A DNA stretch of 64,000 nucleotides, from positions 224,001-288,000 of the forward strand of contig CAWGMQ010000005.1 in assembly GCA_963823665.1 (NCBI GenBank). The letters are read 5' to 3'. Each line of letters opens with the position of its first letter. The first letter of the stretch is position 1. The position numbers and the translations under genes were made by a program. Below the pieces are notes generated by a model. It made no database searches and had not been told where the DNA came from. It worked only from the letters and a program-made list of their open reading frames with translations. This DNA is from an uncultured Planctomycetota bacterium (GTDB lineage: Bacteria > Planctomycetota > Planctomycetia > Isosphaerales > Isosphaeraceae). Shown in pieces: positions 56,271 through 64,000 of this stretch.

Positions 56271-58153
56271 TCAGTTTTCCGGGTACCATGGCACGTTGAT
56301 CACGATCACCCGCCGGAACCCGGAGAGCCGCAGATACGCCACCATCACCGCCGCCGTCTGGTTGTGCAGGATGTAGTGGTACCACTTGGTGCCGATCAAC
56401 TCCGGAATGATCACGGCGATGTCGCGGTCCGGGTGCGCTTTTCTCAAATCCGTGACAACCTCGATCAGCGGCTGATAAAGCCGTCGAAAGGGTGAATAAA
56501 TGATGATCAGCTTGGGCGCGGGTAGACCCGCCTTCTGCGCCGGCTCGCGCACCAGCCGATTCCAGCCGTCTTCAAGCGCCACCATCGTCTGTTCGTCACC
56601 CGCGATGTGCAGCGCATAGATTTCGTGCGAGATCTTCAGTGCGAAGTGAAGTGCCTTCCGTGTGATCATGCTCCAGCCGCGCATCGGCAGGAGGACGACC
56701 GGCGGAGACAGATGCTCGGCATCAAGCGGCTCGTCCGTCGCTAGCTCGCGTCCGATCTTGCGGTAGTGAATCTTGACCTCGTAGAAAACGAATCAAGAGT
56801 CCCGGCACGAGCAGGCACATGACCCAGGCACCCTCGAGAAACTTCGAGACAAGCACGACGACGAGCGTCACGCCGGTGCAAATCGCCCCGGCGGCATTGA
56901 AGACCATCGACTTCCGCCAGTGTTCGCCGCGAAGCCGATTCCAGTGCGCGACCATCCCCGCCTGCGAGAGCGTGAAGGCCAGGAACGCACCGACCGCGAA
57001 GAGCGGAATCAAATGATCGGTGATCCCGCCGAAGGCGACAAGAATTCCCGCTGCGAGAGCCGCCAGGACGAGAATGCCCTGCGAATACACGAGCCGGCGG
57101 CCTCGGTGGGCAAAGCTCGTCGGCAGAAAGCCATCCTGAGCGATCACCCGGCAGAGCCGCGGAAAATCGGCAAAGCCCGTGTTTGCCGAGAGTGCCAGCA
57201 CCACCAGGACCGAGCCGATCGTCACATAGTAGAAGAAGCCTCGGCCGATCACCGCGGCCGTCAGTTGCGAGAGAGTACTCTGGTATCCCGTCTTGGCCCG
57301 GCTCGGTCGCGCCGATTCCGTACACAGTCGCAAAGATATGCAATGCCGGCCAGCATCAGGCCCAGGAGCGCGATGATCGCCGTCAGTGTGCGTGTGGCAT
57401 GCCGAACGGCCGGCTCGCGGAAGGCGGTGACGCCGTTGCTCACCGCCTCGACGCCGGTCATCGCCGTGCAGCCGCTGGCAAAGGCCCGCATCAAGATCCA
57501 GAACGAAGCCGCGATCTCGGTCGGCACCCAGCGCCGCCGGCGGCACGATCGGAACGGGCCGTCCCCCCGCAAGCAGCGACTTGACCACGCCGATGGCGAG
57601 TACGCCCAGCAAGGAAACGATGAACAGGTACGTGGGAATCATGAACGCCGCTCCCGACTCGCGTACCCCGCGCAGGTTGATCAGCGTGATCATCGCCAGA
57701 ATGATCAGGCAGAGCGACAGCATGTGCGGCTGAAGTACCGGCAGCGCCGAGACCAGCGCCCCCACGCCCGCCGAAATGCCGACAGCCACGACCAGAACGT
57801 AGTCGAGCAAAAGCGCAGCCGCGGCAAAGAGACCGGCGCGTCACGCCCAGGTTCTCCTTGGCCACGGTGTACGACCCACCGCCGTGCGGATACGCCGAGA
57901 TCGTCTGCCGGTAGGAGAAATAGACGACCATGAGCAGCAGGATGATCAGCGTGCTGATCGGTCCGATGTGCGGATATCGGCGGCCGCGCCCAGCGGGATC
58001 AAGAGCGTCAGCGCCGCCTCCGGCCCGTACGCCGCCGATCCCAGCGCATCGAGCCCGAGCATCGGGTATGCCGGCGAGCACACCCACACGTTGCTCACCC
58101 TCTTCGTCTGTCGCCAGGTGGCGGCCGAAGAGATAGTCCAGCAGCGGCATCAT
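56271..58153 (-). CDS. APC family permease (YdaO/KimA-like), several frameshifts
   Basis: SYRQTISAYPHGGGSYTVAKENLG, TGVEAVSNGV, SANTGFADFPRL and LIPLFAVGAFLAFTLSQAGM spread over several frames. Confidence 0.82.
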
Positions 58154-58172
58154 TCGTCCTTCGAAAGGAGAC

Positions 58173-59279
58173 TCAATATGCGTTGGCGGCGGTGGCGGGC
58201 AGATGAAAGAAGCCGACGCCCAGCATGCAGTAAATCGCGATCAACATCAGCCCCTCGAGCCAGGTCGATTCGCCGTCGTAGATCAGCAGCCGCGTGATGA
58301 ACACCGCCAGCACCACCGCCCACATTTCGTAGCGGGTGAAGAGCAGGTTCATGTCCTGGCCCAGGAACCAGCCGGCGAAGACCAGGATCGGCGCCACCAG
58401 AAGCGCAACCTGCGTGCTCGCGCCGACCGTGATGCCGATCGCCAGGTCCATCTTGTCCTTGCGGGCAAACCGGACGGCGTTCAACAGCTCGGCCGCATTA
58501 CCGACCGTCGCCAGCAGGAACACCCCCGCGAAGAGCGGCGTGAACCCCATCTTCTTGGCGGCGGGATCAACCGCGCCGGTGAGGATCTCGCTCATGAACG
58601 CCAGCGCGACCGAGACCAGCGCCAGAACGACGATCGCTTTGCCGCGGCTCCAGTGCACCTGCGGCTTGTCGTCTTCCGTCGTCGGCTCGCCTGCCTCTTT
58701 TTTCTCGGCCGTCACGCCCGCCTTGCCCACGACCGCCTTGTGGGTCGCCAGCGTGAAGACCAGGCTCGAGAGGTACACAATGAATAGAATGACGGCGATC
58801 TCTTTCGAGATATGCCGGGCTGGATTGTCCTCTCCCGGTCGGCGTGATGCCGTAGATCGCCGGCACGATCAGGCCGAACGTCGCGAGCACCAGCAGGGCT
58901 CCGTTGATCCGCGCCACGTGGGGCTCGAACTTCTGGGTCTTGACCTTGAGCCCGCCGGCGAGCATCGAAACACCCAGGCCCAGCAGCAGGTTGCCGATGA
59001 TCGAGCCCGTCAGCGACGACTTCACGATCCCGATCAATCCCCGCTTGAGCGCAAACACGCTGATGATGATCTCGGGCGCGTTGCCGAGCGTCGCATTGAG
59101 CAGCCCGCCGACCGTCGGCCCGAGATATTCCGCCAGCGCCTCGGTCGCGTCACCCATCGAGCCCGGCAAGCGGAACGATCGCCAGGGCCGAGACGACCGA
59201 ACAGCAAGATCGGGTCGACACCGATCCAGTCGAGAATGATCGCGACCGGAATGAAGATGAGCAGCCAGTTCAAGCGCAA
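58173..59279 (-). CDS. Ca2+/H+ antiporter (CaCA family, ChaA/Cax-like), several frameshifts
   Basis: GGLLNATLGNAPE, GSIIGNLLL, GNAAE and WLEGLML motifs. Confidence 0.85.
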
Positions 59280-59627
59280 GGGAATTCTCGATGCTCAAGG
59301 AAGTCAGCCGCCTCGTCTGCCGAATCGCGATCACATGCGGTCGCAGGGCGGCCCGAAGATCGTTCACAGGATAGCTTCTATACCGTGAAAGTTCATCAGT
59401 CTCGTTCAAAGTGAACTGCGGATCGCCTTGGTTGTGCAGGGAAAAAGGAGCGCGATGCCCGGTGGCAAGCGCCCGGATGCGATCCGAGCTTTCGCAAGCA
59501 CATCGATTGGTGGTATCCTGGATCGTCAGGCGGCAGCCGAACGCGAGCGCTTCGGCAAGCCCGCTCCGCCCTCGGGTTCGTCCGGGAGCGTTCATCATCG
59601 CCAGGCAGGGTCTCGTGAGGCTTCGCA

Positions 59628-62600
59628 ATGTCGATCGTCGTTGAACGCCCGTGGTTAACGGGCGGCTGTGCACTCGTGCTCGCGGCTCTGACGTTTGTCA
59701 CCGGGCTGGAGCGTTCCCCCAGCGCGTTCGCCGATGAGAAGACAGCGAGCAAGCCGGCAACAAAGATCCACGCGGTCAGCTTTCTGAACGAGGTGCCGCC
59801 CGATCCTGGCGCAGCATTGCTTTCAGTGTCACGGGCCCGACGAGTCCGCGCGCAAGGGAAAGCTTCGCCTCGATCTGAAGGAGAATGCTTTCGCCAAGCG
59901 CGACAGCAAGTACGTGATTGCACCGGGAAACCTCGACGGCTCACTCGCCTGGGAGCGGATCACGACCGATGACAAGGACGAGCGGATGCCGCCCGAAGGA
60001 AAGGCCGAGCCGCTCACGAAGAAACAGATCGCGACATTGAAGACCTGGATCGAACAGGGCGCCAAGTGGGAAGATCACTGGTCGTTCCTGCCGCCCAGGA
60101 AGCCAGCGGTTCCCGCGGTGCGTGACAAAGCGTGGGTGCGCGATCCGCTCGACGCCTTCGTGCTCGCGCGGCTCGATCACGAGCACCAGAAACCGGAACC
60201 GGAAGCAACTCGCGAAGCGTGGCTTCGCCGCGCGAGCTTCGACCTCACGGGACTTCCGCCGACCCCCGCAGGAGCTAGACGAGTTCCTCTCGGACAAGCA
60301 TTCCGACGCGTATGAGACGCAGGCGGATCGCCTCCTGAAGTCGAAACGTACGGTGAGCGCCAGGCCCAGGAGTGGCTCGACCTCGCGCGGTATGCAGACA
60401 CGAGCGGCTACCAGCACGACATGCCTCGCGCAGATCTGGAAATGGCGCGATTGGGTCGTCGACGCGTTCAACGCGAACATGCCGTTTGATCAGTTCACGA
60501 TCGAGCAGCTCGCGGGCGATTTGCTCCCCAATGCGACGCTCGCGCAAAAGGTCGCCACAGGATTCAACCGCAATCACCCCACCAACAGCGAGGCGGGCGA
60601 GGAGGAAGACGAATACCGCTCTGCCTACGTGGTGGATCGCGTGAACACGACGGCGACGGTTTTCATGGGTGTCACACTCGCTTGCGCCCAGTGCCACGAC
60701 CACAAGTACGACCCACTCAGCCAGCGAGACTACTACTCGTTCTACGCGTTCTTCAACAACATCAAGGAACGCGACTCCGAGTTCAGCAAGCCCGCGGCCG
60801 TCCGATTCCTGTCCCCAGCCCCGATCAGGAGCCGAGGCTCGCCGATCTCAAAGCGCGCATCGACGCGCTCAAACAACGACTCGAGCGCGATGACTCGCCA
60901 CGGACGCAGCCCAGAAAGAATGGGAAAAGAAGACACTCGCCAGGCTCGGCAAGCCGATCGAGTGGACAACCCCACCGCTCTCGGGAATGCTCTCTCGCGG
61001 CGGCTCGCAGTTGAAGCCGCTCGCCGACGGCTCAATCCTGTCAACCGGCCCGGCGCCCGTCAAAGACACGTACGACATCATGTTGCTCCCAGGGAAGAAG
61101 CGCATCACGGCGCTGCGGCTCGAGGTCTTGCCCGATGACAGCACGCCCGGAAAAAGGACTCGGACGCGCATCCGACGGCCGCTTCGTCTTGTCGGCGATC
61201 GAGATTCGCAACACGACGTTTTCCGAAAGCCAGGATCCGCCCCTCGTCTACCTGTCGCTGGCACAGGCCGACATCAACCAGAAACCGAAGGAAGAGCCCG
61301 CCCCCAACGACATCCCACCAGGGCCGCTCGAAGCAGCAATCGTGATCGAGCCCCTGGGCGGCGGCGCGGCGCCTGAGAGTCGATCCGTATGGCGGTTGGA
61401 GCATCGTCGACGACGAGCGCAAGAAGCCGCATGAAGCGATCTTTCTACCGCTCGAGCCTCTCGAGACGAACGAGGCGTCCGTACTTCGCTTCTCGCTGCA
61501 CCAGACGTCGGCCTTCCGGTTCAAGAGCTTGATCGGCCGTTTCCGCATCACTTACACCGAGGACGATCGAATCCGCGAGCTGATGCTCCCTGCCCAGTCC
61601 AAGCTATGGAGCTCGATCGGCCCATTTCCCGCGCAGGACGTCACGAAGGCCTACACGACGGTGTTCGAGCCGGAGAAGGATATAAAGAACGAGCCGCTCG
61701 ACCTGAAGAAGAGCTTCACAAAGGTCACGCCCCCACCCGCCGGCCCGGAGGGCACCGAGAAACCCGCGCCGGCCACCACGCCCGCGAAGCCGGCCGGAGA
61801 CACGAAGCGTGCCAAGAAAGAAGCTCCCGCGACGGCCAAGGATTCCACACGCCAGGCCCCCGTCGCCAAAGTCGACGTTTCCGCGACAGGCGCGGCCCCG
61901 AGTGATGCAAAACCGGCTGCGAAACGCGCGAGCCGGCGACACATCCAAGATCCGACGCAGCAGGGCAAACCAAGCGCCGTAGCGCGCAAGGAGAACAACG
62001 GCACTCCCGTCGGGCCTGCGGAGAAACCGTCTGGCGAAGCGACAAAAGAGACCAAGACCGAACCGAAGCCCGAAGTCGCGATGGCCCAGTCCAAGGACGC
62101 ACAGAAGGCCGCCGCGGCCAAACCGAAGCCCGATAAAATCACGTGGACCGAGCAACGAAAATGGCGCGACGGAACACCGGCACGCCTGCAGGGCGCCAAC
62201 TCCGCTTACTATCTCGCCCGCAAGATCGTGGCAACTCGCCCGCGCACCGCGATGGTCGAGATTGACGGACCAGCGGGCTTCCGCCTCTGGATCAATGGAG
62301 AGCTGGCACAGACCTCGGCTCCCCCGCCGCCCCCTGTCCCGCCAAAGCAAGCTGACGCCAAGCCGGCCGCCCCGGCAAACAGCCCCGACGCAAAGACCGA
62401 CGAGAAAGACGATGACGAGAAAGAAGAGCCAGTCCTTCCCGAAATCAACGATACAACGTTTGATGCGTCGACGGGACGTGCCCAAACCAATCCCGCGAAA
62501 AAGTTCCGCATCGGCCTCCGCCAGGGAGATAACGAGATCGTCGTGAAGATCGTGTTCGGAGGAGACGCCAGCCCTCCTGCCCGTCGCGTCTTGCCCCCCG

Positions 62601-64000
62601 GCGCCGGAATGGGGCCGGGCGAACCAGGCGGCGGCCCCAGGGGTGGCGGGTCGTTCACGTTCACGATCACCCCGGAGGGCGACGACGTCCTCACCCATGA
62701 GGTCGCGACGGCTCTTCGCCTCGAGGCCAAGAAGCCTGCTGCGGGCCCAAGCCTAGCGCGCCATCGCATTGACTCCGACGCCAACCGCGTCGCCGTCCAA
62801 GATTCCTGCCACCGATGCTTCAAGCAAGGGCGACGATGCAAAGCCTTCCGCGAAGCCAGAGCCGCTCTCCAAGGTCAGCAAGGTCGGCGAAAAATCGGCG
62901 CCGTCCAAGCCTCACGAGGAGGAAAATAAGCTGACACCGTCGGAGCGGCGGAAAAAAGTCTTGCGCGAATACTATCGGTCGCATATCGACCCAGTCGGGC
63001 GCATCGTCGCTGAAGAACTCGCCAAGCTCAAGGACGAGGAGACGATCATCAAACAACGACTGCCGCAGACGCTCGTGATGGAGGAGCTGGAGAAGCCGCG
63101 GCAGGCATACATCTTCCAGCGCGGCATTTACAAGAATCGCGGCGAGAATGTGAATCCGGCGACCCCGGCCGTGCTGCCTCCCATGCCGAAAAGTGCGCCA
63201 CGCAACCGGCTAGGGCTCGCGCAGTGGCTCGTTTCCGAACCAGCATCCGCTCACCGCGCGCGTCCTGGTCAACCGCGTCTGGCAGCAGTACTTCGGCGTC
63301 GGAATCGTCAGGACGGCGGAGGACTTCGGCACCCGCGGCGAGCTCCCCACGAACCCCGAGCTCCTCGATTATCTCGCCACGGAGCTCGTCGAGGGCAAGT
63401 GGGACCTGAAGAAGCTCCACAGGCGAATCGTGTTGTCGGCGACCTATCGCCAGGCGTCGACGACTTCGAAAGCCAAGCTCGATCGCGACCCGGAAAACCT
63501 CCTTCTCGCCCGCGGTCCGCGGCTCCGCCTGACCGCCGAGATGGTTCGGGACAATGCGCTGGCCGTCTCGGGGCTCCTCGTCGAGAAGCTCGGCGGCGAG
63601 AGTGTCAAGCCCGTGCAGCCCAGGAACGCCTGGAAGACGGTCGAAGGCTTCATGGCCAACGTCTATCGGCGCGACCGCGACGAGAAACAGTACCGGCGTG
63701 CGATCTATGTCTACTGGAAACGCGGCTCGCCCTATCCGTCCATGCTCAACTTCGACGCGGTCAAGCGAGATAGCTGTACGGTGACGCGCGTCACCACCAC
63801 GACACCTGTACAAGCCCTCACACTACTCAACGACCCGGTGTACGTCGAGTGCGCGAAGATGCTGGGCCAACGGATGCTCAAGGACCGGGAAGCGCTCCGC
63901 CGCACTCGCGATCTGACCAAGCCCGAGGAAGACGCCAAACGCCTCGCCTACGGCTTTCGCCTGTGCACGTCACGGCTGGCGAGCGAGCAGGAACTGCAGA
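59628..64000 (+). CDS. Large PSD1/planctomycete cytochrome c protein (DUF1549/DUF1553), many frameshifts, runs off the window
   Basis: [56 protein letters not shown] and QALTLLND motifs across successive frames. Confidence 0.82.

Noticed and set aside
58153..59620. ydaO (c-di-AMP) riboswitch upstream of the YdaO/KimA-like permease
   Set aside because: The permease follows the antiporter by ~20 nt, and no ydaO consensus was recognisable upstream of the antiporter.

Overview
GC-rich bacterial DNA whose gene content points to Planctomycetota, probably Isosphaeraceae-like (inference): DUF1549/DUF1553, DUF1592/DUF1552 and DUF1501 genes, LEPRxLL-type extracellular proteins, ECF sigma factors with a Ser/Thr kinase, and a PEP-CTERM protein. 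Main contents: (1) a ~18.7 kb gene for a ~6,200-aa surface protein with beta-helix, PKD, FG-GAP, RTX, metzincin and dockerin-like regions, directly behind an ECF sigma factor; (2) three planctomycete cytochrome-c/PSD loci; (3) a GH67 alpha-glucuronidase + glucarate-dehydratase-like enzyme + ExuT-like MFS operon; (4) a KaiC-like ATPase coupled to a hybrid histidine kinase; (5) cation transporters and several lineage-specific membrane proteins. Two kinds of gene damage are visible. Many single-base frameshifts, densest after ~56.7 kb, look like long-read consensus errors. About ten abrupt junctions join pieces of unrelated genes or remove gene interiors, several at short shared sequences. A non-canonical tRNA-Leu(CAA)-like cloverleaf lies on the minus strand at ~35.8 kb, next to an apparently orphaned antitoxin-like gene. 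No rRNA, CRISPR array, transposase or integrase was recognised. All family assignments come from motif recognition by eye, not from database searches.
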